Of a DNA stretch of 64,000 nucleotides, positions 48,030 to 61,000 are shown piece after piece. The stretch's first letter is position 1; every line of letters begins with the position of its first letter. The DNA is from Ranitomeya imitator. Taxonomy: Eukaryota. The stretch spans positions 495,504,001 through 495,568,000 of the forward strand of contig NC_091282.1 in assembly GCF_032444005.1 (NCBI RefSeq), read 5' to 3'. The translations under genes and the position numbers were made by a program. The notes under the pieces are model-generated. The model did not search any database and had not been told where the DNA came from. It was given only the letters and a program-made list of their open reading frames with translations.

Positions 48030-48716
48030 GTAAGGCAAAAACCTAGCATACTAGTAGAAAGTTGTCAACCAAATGCAATGGGCATATACTGGGGCAGTCC
48101 AAATAGTAGCCTGACTACCTAACTTTAAAGGGTCACTCCTATCTTTTATAAATGGGTGTAGAATAGTCCTTGTAAGAAGGGAGAGCATTTAAGTCTCCAG
48201 CTTATTGCCTTGGAGACTACCACTCCAATTAGATAGTAAAACAGTGCTTTTATAAAACGTTAACTTACAGATTGCATTTTATCCCTTAATGACATTCAAA
48301 AGTTGTACAGCTGCCACAGTAAAGCTTTGCTGCTTGAAGAAAGCGGAGTATCTCCCCCTCCCCCAGCAAGCTCAGGTTCTTGGTCATAAAGACTCAGCTG
48401 ACACTCCTAAATCCCTCTCATTATACACTGAATGTCAGCTTTAACCACTCCCTCACACTGACAGCCTGCTCCAGTGTATCAATAGATCTGGCTGTTGGTC
48501 TGCTGGGGTGTGGTTGTAACCACCACTCATATGTACTGAGCAGTGACTGAAACCATGCCTCAAGTAAGCGTCGGAATGGAACACTAACCTACTGAATAAA
48601 TTTGTCACAAATTGTTTTTTTAACCTTGTGTAAATTGCTGCACGCCTGATGCCAAAAATAAGTGTAGCCTGCCAAGCTGTCGAATATAAAGGGTAAAACT
48701 AATTTCTTTATCATAC

Positions 48717-48901
48717 CTATGGAAGCAACTAAAACAGAAGGTTTTGACGTGTCCCAAGATGAGCCTGGTCACTACGTGCGCCTGAGATCCCTCACTACTA
48801 AGGCCCACAAGCGTTCTTATCAACAAGCTTTGACCAGGATCAAGGATGCAAAATGCAGGAGTAAAGAAGCCATTGCCCAGCTCCAGAACATTGTTGACTT
48901 G
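48717..48901 (+). CDS. PLIN2: Perilipin-2 coding exon 5, 185 bp (acceptor reads AC, non-canonical)
   Basis: (A)MEATKTEGFDV..HYVRLRSLTTKAHKRSYQQAL..IAQLQNIVDL|GTTAGT. The 5' boundary is inferred from phase and homology. Confidence 0.85.
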
Positions 48902-50032
48902 GTTAGTACACAGAAATAGAATCTAAAGAAATTGTATGCTATACTGCAGTCAAAGTTGTATAGAATAAAATGAATGTACTTGCAAGACATTAGCCAGTTC
49001 TGGCTGGTGGGGTTGCTTCAACAAGAGGACCTTTCACTGGTGGGACCTGTAGACCCAGTATCTTAAGTTTGTAGGTTTAGTCTGGGTAACAAGTCCTGTG
49101 ATAGTGGTGTCCCACAAAGAATATTTTCATCAATGGATCTTGGAAATAAGTTACTCAATAGTGTTTTAAAAGATCTTGTAAATGTGTCCCTGTTATGTAC
49201 TGGTACAATATAAAGCTCCATGTTAAGAATTGGCACTTGCCACATCTTTAACAAAAACCCACACGTGTAAATGTGAGGACAAGAAGAAATCCAGTAAATT
49301 TTATTATACAAGTACCACTAACCTATAATAGAAGCTTCATACCTGGCAGCATTACACCATGGCTACTACAGCAATTACCTTTTGGTCCGGCTACTTACAA
49401 TATGTGGAGTTTTATGTTGCATATCTTGACATCCTCTGGTCTCATTGCCATAGGATTTACCTACTTATTGCTACTGCCACCATAATAAGGATTTATGGGT
49501 GCATTTATATTTAGCACTGCTATATGGTTGATTCACCTTGTTACCCATCTATGGAAGTCACTGAACTCCATTTCATTGTGGTTCTGTATCTATTTTCCTC
49601 ACATTTTGTTAGGCATCCCTTTACCGCATATTTCTTGGTGTGTATTTTTTTTAAATAGATTATTGATTAGTTTGGATTGCTGCTTGTCCTCACCTTTACA
49701 GTGTTTGTTTTTGTTTGTTCAATATGCGACAAAAAATAGTGCCTACTTGTGAATATTTTGATTTACCATGCCACATCTGGCCATGGGAGTATTAGGAGGG
49801 GAAATAGAAGTCACTTGTGATTGTCTCACAGCTGCTGCCTTCTGAGGTAACACGCTTGCTTAATCTTATCACAAATCAGTTTCTGGTGATCAAGCAGTTT
49901 TTGTGAGAACATACTGTCAACTACATACAAGATCATGGCTTCTGATATTAAGGGTAAATGCATTTCACTGTAAACGAATTAACCAAATTTAATGCATATA
50001 TTCATCCATGTAAATATACACATTATTTTAAG

Positions 50033-50167
50033 ATTGAATATGCAAGAGAAAATATGAATAATGCAAACCAGAAAATCCATGATGCTCAGGAGAACGTGTA
50101 CAACAAGTGGGTGGAGTGGACTAAAAGCGCAGGAGAAGAAGCTTGTGGGGACACTGAGGGTGCAGAG
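50033..50167 (+). CDS. PLIN2: Perilipin-2 coding exon 6, 135 bp
   Basis: TTTTAAG|IEYARENMNNANQKIHDAQE..WVEW..EGAE|GTGACA. Confidence 0.94.
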
Positions 50168-50240
50168 GTGACATTCCTTCATAAACTTGTGCTAGACATC
50201 ACTAATACACTAGAATTATAATATCAATTTCTCTTTTCAG

Positions 50241-50639
50241 AAAATTGAATCCCGCACACTGGCTGTTGCCCAAAATCTCACTCAACACCTGCAGACTACA
50301 TGTTTGTCTCTGGTCTCCAGCATTCAAGGTCTACCACAAAGTATTAGAAATAAGGCTCATGGTGTTGGTGCTATGGCTGCAGAAGTCTACCAAAACTTTC
50401 ACACTGCCTCATCCTTCAAAGAAATGTCTGACAGCCTATTAACCACAACAAAGGACAAGATCACCAAAATAAAGGCCAATATGGATGATGTAGTGGACTA
50501 CATCATAAACAACACTACAATAAATTGGCTGGTAGGTGCTTTTCATTACACACCAATTGGTAGCCGCCATGGGGAGCAAGAAATTCATGGGGAAGACTTG
50601 GTGAAAGAGGAGGAAAATGAAAGGCGCTTGGTTGCCTAA
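50241..50639 (+). CDS. PLIN2: Perilipin-2 last coding exon; joined CDS 1,278 nt = 425 aa
   Basis: TTTTCAG|[54 protein letters not shown]..stop. Confidence 0.96.
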   Translation, partial: KIESRTLAVAQNLTQHLQTTCLSLVSSIQGLPQSIRNKAHGVGAMAAEVYQNFHTASSFKEMSDSLLTTTKDKITKIKANMDDVVDYIINNTTINWLVGAFHYTPIGSRHGEQEIHGEDLVKEEENERRLVA

Positions 50640-50861
50640 TTAAACACTACTTTCTACTACATAACTTGCCTCTTAATTCAAACACCTTATTTTCCACCTT
50701 AATCTGAGGGCTAGTAACAGGCAATAGACCATGTCACAGATGAGAAAAAAATAAAAATTCTCACTAGACTCTTGTTTTGTTTAGTGATAACAGATTTGTG
50801 AAGATAATGTGTAAACCCCATAATGTAAAATTTCACCTGTTTGTGCACTCTTGGATGTATT

Positions 50862-50867
50862 AATAAA
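50862..50867 (+). terminator. Candidate PLIN2 polyadenylation signal AATAAA (another lies at 50750-50755)
   Basis: AATAAA ~220 nt after the stop codon, followed by GT-rich sequence. Confidence 0.5.
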
Positions 50868-51717
50868 ATGCTGCATTGACTTCAGTGTTTCAAATGTGTA
50901 TTTCTGAAGTGAACATACCAGACTTGACTCCTTGTCATTTCCTAAAATGATTCCAGATTTACATATAATGGTGGAAATGCTTAGAACTTGTTACCAAGGG
51001 GTAAGGTTTTTCCTTATGGAGAGTGACATACCAGCTCTGGCTTGTCAAGGTAAGGAGGCTTATTCGCTGTGCAATGCTCCTCTGGGAAACTTAAGAGGCA
51101 ATATAAATAACTTGTTAGTGACTAGTGGGGGGAGAATCATTCGAAGTAATGGCAACACCTCATAAACGAGGTTGGATGTTTCAAACAGGCTTTAAAGGGG
51201 TTGTCCACAAACAAATTCCCCCCCCCCCCCCCCCCACCTGAACATGCAGCTATTATATTTTTATTTATCGTATATAAATTTTCATGGGTTCCCTTGTGGT
51301 TTTGATAACCAGATGGGCAAAACTCACAGCTGCAAGCTGCCTGGCTGGTTCAAAGATACAAGGGAACCCATGCCGGTAATTTAGAGCTCAGGCTGATGGG
51401 GAGTATTCAGCAGGTGCCAGCTGATAAGACTACTACTCCAAATGGAGATGGAATTTGGAGTCCAAAGTGGCATCAAATGACCAACAGTATAAACTTGATG
51501 ATGGCACAGCAGTCAACCACGGGCCATACATGAGGTATCAGGGCCTGGCCCAGCATTTACAGCTTTGAATTTAAGTTTCAATTAAGACAAGGTGGATGTG
51601 GGACTGGTGTAGGTCTGCTGTGTTGGGAGACCTCATGCAACAGCTCAAACTGCTTTTCTACTCAGCCACACAAAGGTGGCACAAATCAGCAAGGTAGACT
51701 ACTATTAAACATTTGAA

Positions 51718-54700
51718 CCCTTTTCTGACATCGGGCATACATTTACACTGTCGGACTCCCTCCCTTTGTGGGCTCCAGCAGTGAATCCACATATTTCCAG
51801 GGACATTTCAGCTGTTCAAAACCTCTGACATGTGCCTGCAATAGCCATGGGTGGAATCGCAATCCACCTGCAGCTATTAACCAATTAAATGCCACTCATG
51901 CCTGGGTTTTTTTTCTTTTCCTCCACTCGTACTACTACCCCACCCCCAATGCCCACATCAGCAGGTGCCAAATTTTGACACTGCTCACTCATCAGAGCTA
52001 GGGCCTGCTGTTAGACATTTTTTCTTTTCACAGGCTTTTATTTTTTCATATTTGCATTTTTAGTTAGCTTTTTCTTTGGTAAAACTTGTCTAAAAAAATC
52101 ACCATCCACCCCCCCACATACAGTACCATATTCACACACAATGTCCTGACCATCACAGTCGTCCCAACAGCGCTATTCAGTGGAGGAGGCATATGCTTTC
52201 CTTGCCTCCGACACTGATAGCAAGGGAGAGGATCCCACATTTCTTTACTTCTCAGATTCTTCATCCTCTTCCTCCTCAGGTCCTGCAGAACCGCCACGCA
52301 GACATCCCAGGACAAGATGAGGCGGTGCCCACTCCTGAAGATGAACCAATGCACCCCTCTTCGGACCCCGTAAACCTAAAAAAAAAAATTGCAAGCCTGA
52401 TTTCTGTGGCAGAATCGGGAATCAAGTCTGACACCGCCAGCCTGAAACAAATAGACTTATCCAGCCTTTCTCTCTAAGGACTTTATTAACCTCATGGTGG
52501 AGCAAACAAATTTGTATGATTGGGATAATTTTTTGCCGCAAAACCCTGGTTCATCACTTTTTAACTGGTCTCCTGTAGGTGCAGTTGAAGTGATGCTATT
52601 CTGGGGTCTGGCACTTCATATGGGGATCCTGATAAAACCAGAACTTCAGCAATATTGGAATGTTATTTTATACAACACTCCAGTGTTCCAAATGGTCATG
52701 GCCTAGACATGTTTTGAGGCCATCCACAAACTTCTGCATTATACCGATAATGCAGTGTCCTGCATGAGATGACCCCCCTCCCCCCGTCTGTTCAAACCTC
52801 AGCCGGTCAAACACTTCAAACTTTTTGTTGAAGTGTACGTGCCCCAAAGGGAGATCTGCATGGATGAGTCCTTGGTTCATTTTAAGGGATGGATCAGATT
52901 TCATCAGTACCTGCCCAGCAAGAGGGCCAGGTACAGGGTCAAACTCTATAAGCTGCGTGAGTACCTCAGGGTACAGCTCTAGAGTATACGAAGGGAAGGA
53001 CACTATGATTGAAACCCCCCCCCTCCTCCAAGTGAGTGGGATTTGGTGCACCCACTGCTGGATAAAAGTTATCACCTCTACAACTTTTATACTAGCACTC
53101 CAAGCTTTAAATCCCTCTCTGCATGAGGTACCACAGCCTGTGGTACTGTCCATAAAAATCAGAGAGGCCTCCTGAAAACGCTACTTGGGCAGATGCTCAG
53201 AAGGGGTGACAGTAGAGCTTACCTGTTGATGGTCAAGGACAAGAGGGATGTCCTTATGCTCACCATACATGGTGATGGCAACGCCCTCAGCATTGTACAA
53301 GATAACGCTACAAATATGTTGTACCTTCAGTTCCAGGAGTAGTTAAGGCCCTGATACTTGGCACTCGGGAAGGAGCGGGCCCCAGTACTTCCAGAACTGA
53401 AGGTGTTCGTATCGTACCAGGTCAGCATTTCCCAGGGGCGGTCCCACCAACTGGAAGGAAAGGTAAACTGCGCAAAAGGTTCTGAGTGTTGCAAAAGGGA
53501 ATACGCGAGGACACCATTTATCAATGCAACCCCTGCCCTGACAAACCTGGCCTGTGTATGAAGGATTGCTTCAAATTGTACCACACCTCTACGCACTACT
53601 AAATTTGCAGGAAACAGTGATTAGTTCCTTAGGGGGTCTAGTTTCCAAAATGGGGTCACTTGTGGGGGGGTTTCCACTGTTTGGCAAGCCCCAGATGTGC
53701 TTAAATGAGACATGGTGTCCTATCTCAATAACAGCCAATTTTAGTTTAAAAAAGTCAAACAGCGCTCCTTCCCTTCCGAGCCCTGCTGTGTGCCCAAACA
53801 GTACTCAAGACAAATTGGACAACTTTTGGGGTCCAATTTCTCCTGTTACCCTTTGAAGGGAAAATGGTTGGTGAAAGATCATTTTTGTGACTAAAGTACA
53901 ATGTTAACTTTTTTTATGTCCTTCCACATTGCTTCTGCTCCTGTGAAACACCTGAAGGGTTAATAAACATGGATGTGGTTTTGAGGGGTGCAGTTTTTAG
54001 AATGGTGTCACGCTTGGGTATTTTCTGCCTTATGGCCCCCTTAAAGTGACTTCAAATGTGAGGTGGTCCCTTTAAGAAAAAAAAAAAAAACACTGGTTAA
54101 CTTTTAACTCCTAACATTTTAACAAGAAATTTTGGTCACAAAATTGTGCCTGAGTAAAGTAGACATGTGGGAAATGTTGTTTCATAACTATTTTGTGACA
54201 TGTTTCTGTTTTAAGGGCATAAAAATTCAAAATTTGAAAACTGCAAAAATTTCCATTTCTTACACAAACGCAAATTACATTGAAGAAATCTACCACTAAT
54301 ATGAAGTACAACATGTCATGAGAAAACAATTTTAGAATCGCTAAGATCTCTTGAAGCGTTCCGGAGTTATTACCTAATAAAGGAACAGTGGTCAGAATTG
54401 TATAAATTGCATGTTAATGACCGGGTCAAACAAGCCTCAGGGTTAAAAACATCAGCTCGGCATGCAAAAATAAGCCCTCAACCAACCCGAGGTCTTGAAA
54501 AATGGAGATGCTACAGGTATCGGAATATGGCGCAATTTGTTTTATTTTTTGTAACAAAGGTGTAAAACTTTTTTTTTTTCACCACTTTAAATAAAAAAAG
54601 AACCTAGACATGTTTGGTGTCTATGAACTCGTAATTATCTTGAGAATCATATTGGAAGGTCAGTTCTAGCATTGTGTACCTAGAATTAAAAAAAGCCAAA

Positions 54701-54912
54701 CAAAACAAGTGTGGGACTGCAATTTCACCGCACTTGGAATATTTTTTTTTTTCCAGTTTTTTTTTTTTTTTTTAGTACCTGACATGGTAAAACCAATGGT
54801 GTCATTCAAAGGTACAACTTGTCCTCCCAAGAAAACAAGCTCTCACATGGCCATATTGATGTAAAAATAAAGTTATGGCTCTGAGAAGGGGAGCAAAAAA
54901 AAGGTCCGGGGT
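51718..54912 (+). mobile_element. Decayed piggyBac-like DNA transposon
   Basis: Degenerate ends TGAA|CCCTTTTCTGACATCGG and ...CCGGGG(T)|TTAA enclose a piggyBac transposase remnant. The boundaries are approximate. Confidence 0.6.
52190..53602 (+). pseudogene. piggyBac (PGBD4-like) transposase pseudogene
   Basis: VEQTNLY, FWGLALHMG..KPELQQYW, CMDESLVHFKG..YLPSKRARY.VKLYKL, YNFYTS and KDKRDVLML motifs, and C-terminal YQCNPCPDKPGLCMKDCFKLYH. Many frameshifts. Confidence 0.88.
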
Positions 54913-55259
54913 TTAAGATGGTACACAGGTAGCTGACAAAGTGCAGGCCTGAGAACCCTACTGCTACAGGTAATACACATGCAGGAAACACAACTTGGAG
55001 TCCAGACAATATAAAAAAAAACAAAAACTGCCACACACCCCTAAAATGGTATCAAATTACCTAGAGTAGAACTAGCTCTGACACCTCTTTCACTACAGGC
55101 AGCCCACCAGATGGAGACCGAACTCGGTCTCCAAGTTTCAAAAAATTGTTAGTAACGTCAGACTGCAATAACACAAGATCAATAGAGCACATTAAACTAC
55201 ATCATTGCCCAGTCTGAAAGTGGGGTGTGAAAGTCATCAGAGAGCCATGACTTTCTAAT

Positions 55260-57900
55260 TTTCATGACAGGCGGTCTACACTTTCAGGGCACAGCTGGAT
55301 GCACTTATCCATCTGCTGAAGACTCTTTCTGAGAGAACGCTGGCTGTAGGGCATGATAACCTCCAAGGTGTGACAAGTGAGCTCAGACCACTTTTTTTTT
55401 TTGACAAATGGTCCAAACTTCCCCTTATGGCATTGGTATTTAGCTCGATACACTCCTACGCCATACTCTTCAGTCGTTCACAACCTGTCAGACTCTTAAT
55501 GCGTTCTGCTTGATGCAGGACCTCGTCTATGAAAAATGGGTGAAACAACTCACAAAAATTGCTTATGGCACTTAAACTGATGGTAATGTTTTTGCGATGA
55601 CTCCTTGATGTTTGTGTTGTTAGAAGTTTAGAACTGCGATGCACACGGTGTGCCTCACTGCTGTTTTGGGGAAAACCACTCTTAAGTTTGTCTACAAGTG
55701 TTTTGATACCCCAGCATGCATCCTTTTCTGGAGGGGAGGGGGAAGTGAAGCATCTGTCTAAAGTAGCGTGGGTCTAATAGAGTTTCAACCCAGTAATCAG
55801 CACTATTTCTAACCCTAAGATGGGCAGCAACTGATAGTTGATAGTGCAGCAAGAAGGCGCTCGTGTCGGGTGCTTCAGTGAGGTCCAAGTCCACGGTGTG
55901 TTGGAGGGGCAACATTCAAGTTTGCCTCCATCCTCTCCCACCAACCACAAATAACAAAGGGAGTCATTATCCTATTCATCTCCTTACTGTTGCGTGTCCA
56001 TCACCTCATCCTCCTCCATTTGTTCCTCTGCACCTGCCCCTTCACTAACAGTTTGTCTGGTACCATGAGCCCCCACAATCTTTATAATCCACCCTCCCAT
56101 GGCACCCTCCTGTCCGACAACTGTACTTTGAGATATTGCTATCCCTTCAGCCAAATCCTCAGCTTAATCCTGGATCACTACCTCCTCCTCAAACAGACTA
56201 TTCAAAGTGTGCCCCAGCATGTAGATGACTGGAATAATGATGCTGGTTACTGCAACCATCTTAGAAGCCATTTCAAAACTGTGCAGGATGGTGGAGGTCC
56301 TCCATCTGAGCCCCCTCCACAACCCTGATTTGATCCACATCCATGCTGTGCTGGCCCTGGCTTTGCAAAAGGACATACTGCATCAGAGCTTGTCGCTGCA
56401 ACATGTGCAGAGTGGAATTCCACAGTGTCGGAGCATTGCAAATCAAAGGGTTAACCTGTAGGCTGAAAGACCTCTGTAGCGATGCAAGTCGATGACCTGC
56501 GGGGTGTGATAGTCAGAAGTGAGCACACAGCGACCGCACATCCAGGTCGGGATAGTGGTGGAGAAATTGCTGTTCCACCAGGTTGAGGGTGTGAGCCATG
56601 CAAGGCATGTGTGTGACGTTGCCCCATTATCGCACATGGTCTTCCCTGGCTCCAGATTCAGTGGAGACAGCCATTGCTCTAGCTTCACCTAGATAGCTGT
56701 CCACAACTGTTGAGATGTGTGACTGCGATCTCCAAGGCATATTAATTTGAACAGTAATGGCAACTGGTACTGAGGGACTACAACAGCTATCAACTTGAAA
56801 CATTCTGAAAACCGTCTGTATCCACCAAGCGGAAAGGAAGGATTTCCATGGCCAACAGATTGGAGATGGAGTGCAAACTCTTAGCTTTGGCATGTGTAGG
56901 AGAAAACATTCTTTTACGTGACCACAATTGTGGGATCGAGGCCTGGCTGCTACGCTTAGGGTGGAGTACAAGACAAACTGCTAGACTGTGAGTGAGGTGG
57001 CGATGTTATGGTGGACTGAGAAATGTGTTCTACTAGGCAACACAAAAACAGCAGTCATGTAGGTTCTGTAGAAGGACGTAGATCTGGGGATTTATTATGA
57101 TGGAATATAGGCTGAACTGGATGGACAAATGTCTTTTTTTCGGCCTTACTAACTATGTTACTATGTTACTATGTCCACTTACGTAACAGCTGACTGGATC
57201 TAACTCACCCCGACTGTAGGGGGTAAACAATTGGGTTTTCTGCAATGGGAGACCTGTGTGAGAACACTTGGCAACAGTGATGGAGCAGATATGTTTCATG
57301 GGATGGCCAGTGGTTGACGAGGCCCGCTAGTCAGCATTTTAGCACAGTGAGATTCCCAGACTAATTTGTTGATCGTGCATGTGGTGGTTCTTGCATGTAG
57401 TTGTGAAATTATTGCAATTTTTGCCTCTACTGAGGTGTTGTGTTTTTTAGTTGTTTTTTTTTTTGCAAATTTCCCAGGTAACCTGAGTTGGGTCATCATT
57501 TGAGTTCTCAAAAAAGGCCCATGCTAGGCAACCCTTCCTGCCCCTGCGAACTGCACACTTACAACCGGTGCTGGCCACAGTCAGAGTTTTGGCTGAGGAT
57601 GTCATGCTTGTTGTGTTTGCATTACTTGGTGTCTGTGGAGGAAGCAGCAACGTAACTTCCTCTGCTGAGATACTTAGCTGCGTACCTCTGGGTTCAAACC
57701 AAGTGGGATCTACAACCTCATCGTCATCCTCTGTTCTCACACTCCTCAACCTGAAAGTTACCTTCCTCCTCTTCCTGCCCTGAAACCACAGTACAGTCCA
57801 TGTGCACCTCTGGTATCTGAGTCTCATCAGGATCACCTCCACCCCCGTTGTTTAACATCTGGTGACGTGGGTCTGGATTTTGCTTGGACCCTACTTTGTC
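55260..57900 (-). pseudogene. Heavily decayed hAT (ZBED-like) transposase related to 1956-5520
   Basis: Fragments EVVDPTW, AWAFFENSNDDPTQVTWEIC (BED finger start), CDNG..TCLA, DYWVETLLDPRY and PTASVLSERVFS are collinear with the 5' copy. Confidence 0.82.
57055..57175 (+). mobile_element. CR1 3'-end stub with (ACTATGTT)n tail, inserted in the decayed hAT
   Basis: Reverse complement of 23616-23715 and 29759-29875. Confidence 0.9.
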
Positions 57901-58037
57901 CGGCCCTGAATCTAAAATGATACCAATTTTGGTCATCGGTACAGATGCTTTTCTTCTGGATTCTGTGAATCTATGAAGCAGGCCTCTGATGCCCATTGAA
58001 TAATATCTGTGAACAGCTGTGCAGAATGGCCCATCAA

Positions 58038-61000
58038 TAGTGTTGAGCGATACCTTCCGATACCCAGAAGTATCGGATTGTATTGGCCGATATTCAAAAA
58101 ATATTGGATATTGCCAATACGGATACCCGATACCAATGAAAGTTAATGGGACACAATTATCGGAATGTAAATAAGCCCTTTCTGTCCTTCTTCTATATGC
58201 TGTTCCGGAGGGGGGAAGAGTGTGGGCAGTGCGTGGGCGGACACTGTGAGTGTCTGTGTGTGCGGGCGGGGTCTGTGCAGTCCTGCCAGGGATCTGTATG
58301 TGCCTATCGGGGCTCTCTGTGGGCCTAGCGGGGCTCTATGTGGCATGCCGGGGATCTATGCGGGCTGCCCGAGCTCTATGCGGTGTGCCGGGGCTGTATG
58401 TGGGCTGCCCGGGCTCTGTGCGGCGTGTGGGGTCTATGCGGCATGCTAGGGCTCTGTGCATGTGTGCAGGCATCATCCTATGGGACTACAAGTCCCATCG
58501 GACGATGCCTGCTACACTGACAGTGATTGACACATTAGCCAATGATGGGACAGTAGTAGTCCCATCATCCGGCTAATGTGTTGAAAAAAAAAAAAATTCC
58601 ATACATACTCCATACAGTACATACATATAGACATACAGTACATTAAACATAGAGTTCATACTCTCCATTACTTGTCACTTTGTTCCCCGAAGCCAGTGTC
58701 AACCTGTAAAAAAGATTAAAATAACAAACAACCAATATACTTCCTGTCCGCAGAAATCCACGAGTGTCCCACGACGATCTCCCGTGGAGAACAGCAGCAA
58801 CAGCTGTTGTGACCACTCTCCAGTGGCCCCAGAAACACAATGACGGGAGGAAGGTATTCCTCCGCCGCTGTAAAAAAAAATAGTCCCTTGTCTGACTTAT
58901 GGCATTGCTGGGTGAGACATTTTCCCACGCAGCAATTGCCATAAAGTAAGACTTTGAACTTTAGTAACCTCAGTGATGCACTGCAGGAGCCATTGTCTCC
59001 TGTCAGTGTGTCACTGAGGGTCCTATAGAGCAGTGACATCACCCGATGTCACTGTTCTATAGGGGAGATCGTCGTGGGACACTCGTTATTAATTGGACTA
59101 CGGCGGACAGGTAGTATACGGTTTTATTATTTTACGTTTTTTTGCAGGCGCTGAAGTATGGCAAGTATGGTTAAATGAAGAATATTAAAATACTTTTTTC
59201 CTAATGTGTGCGTGTTTTATTAACCTTTTCTTACTATTGGATTAATAATGGATAGGCGTCTTATTGACGCCTCTCCGTTATTAACCCGGCTTAATGTCAC
59301 CTTACAATAGCAAGGTGATATTAACCCCTTATTACCCCATATCCCACCGCTACACGGGAGTGGGAAGATAGGGGCTAAGTGCCAGAATTGGCGAATCTTA
59401 CAGTTGCGCCATTTCTGGGGCGGCTGCGGACTGGTATTTGTAGCTGGGGGGGGGCAATATCCATGGCCCCTCTCTAGGCTATGAATATCAGCCCGCAGCT
59501 GTCTGCGTAGCCTTTCTGGCTATAAAATATAGGGGGACCCCACGTTATTTTTTTGGGGTCCCCCTATTTTAATAGCCAGTAAAGGCTACGCAGACAGCTG
59601 CGGGCTGATATTCATAGCAGGCTACAAATATTGGCCCCCGGCTGTCGGCTTTCCCCCTATGGCGCAGAAAATTGCGCGGGAGCCCACGCCGTTTATCTTC
59701 CGTGTGTTTTTTTTTTTTTAAATTCAAAGCTCATAAAGGTTTCTTTCACACTTGCGTCGGTACGTGTCCATTGCTATGCGTCGGGCTGACGTACCGATGC
59801 ATGTTGTGAAATTTGTGCACAACTTGGGCAGCGGATGCAGTTTTTCGCGACGGACAAAAAAAGTACACTTGAACGTTTTCTCGTGCCGATGGTTCGCCAA
59901 AACACGACGGATCCGTTGCACGACGGATGCGACGTGTGGCGATCCGTCGCGATCCGTCGCTAATACAAATTTATGGTTAAAATACGAATCCTGCGAGCAC
60001 ATTTGCAGGATCTGTTTTTTTCCACCGGATCCGTTTTTTTCCACCAAATCATTCTTTTCCCACCGGATCCGTTTTTTTCCGCCAGGTCCATTTTTTTCTC
60101 ATAGAGTTGTATTAGCACCGGATTGCGCCTGATGGACACACATTTCATCCATTTTTTTGCAGGATCCGTCAAAAAAGCTGTTTCCGCTGGCCGGGAAAAC
60201 ACATACAGAGGAACGGTTTTTCTGTCCGGCAAAAAAGCGCACAGCGACGGATCCAACAAAAAACGGATGAAACTGAGATGTGAAATGATGAATCCGGCCT
60301 CCAAATCCATTTTTTCATGCATGTTTCCATTCAAATCATGCACATTTTCCCTTTATTTATTTCCAAAAACTGCATCAAAACCGCGCAAAAAAACGGAATG
60401 AAAGCTGCATCAAAAACCGCACCAAAAACTGCACCAAAAACTGCATCAAAAACTGCATCAAAAACTGCATCAAAAACCGCACCAAAACCTGCACCAAAAC
60501 CTGCACCAAAAACTGCACCAAAAACAGCATAAAACACACACAGGGTTAATGCCAGAGTTAACAGACCGCGGTGTAACGCACTCAATTAACGCTGCTATTA
60601 ACCCTGTGTGACCAACAATTTACTTTTGATGCTGCGTATGCAGCATCAATAGTAAAACGAGCTAATGTCAAAAATAATAATAATAAAAAAAAGGTTATTC
60701 TAACCTTCCGAGGTTGCGCGCTGTCCTCTACACGGGAGTGGGAAGATAGGGGCTAAGTGCCAGAATTGGCGAATCTTACAGTTGCGCCATTTCTGGGGCG
60801 GCTGCGGACTGGTATTTGTAGCTGGGGGGGGGGGGGCAATATCCATGGCCCCTCTCTAGGCTATGAATATCAGCCCGCAGCTGTCTGCGTAGCCTTTCTG
60901 GCTATAAAATATAGGGGGACCCCACGTTATTTTTTTGGGGTCCCCCTATTTTAATAGCCAGTAAAGGCTACGCAGACAGCTGCGGGCTGATATTCATAGC

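Noticed and set aside
48030-48716. GT-AC intron as a minor-spliceosome (U12) intron
   Set aside because: The donor is GTAAGG, not GTATCCT, and no U12 branch consensus (TCCTTAAC) is close to the acceptor.
51400-51660. Possible Gypsy gag-protease remnant on the - strand (VVDCCAIIKFI)
   Set aside because: Only one weak motif resemblance; too degenerate to support without a search.
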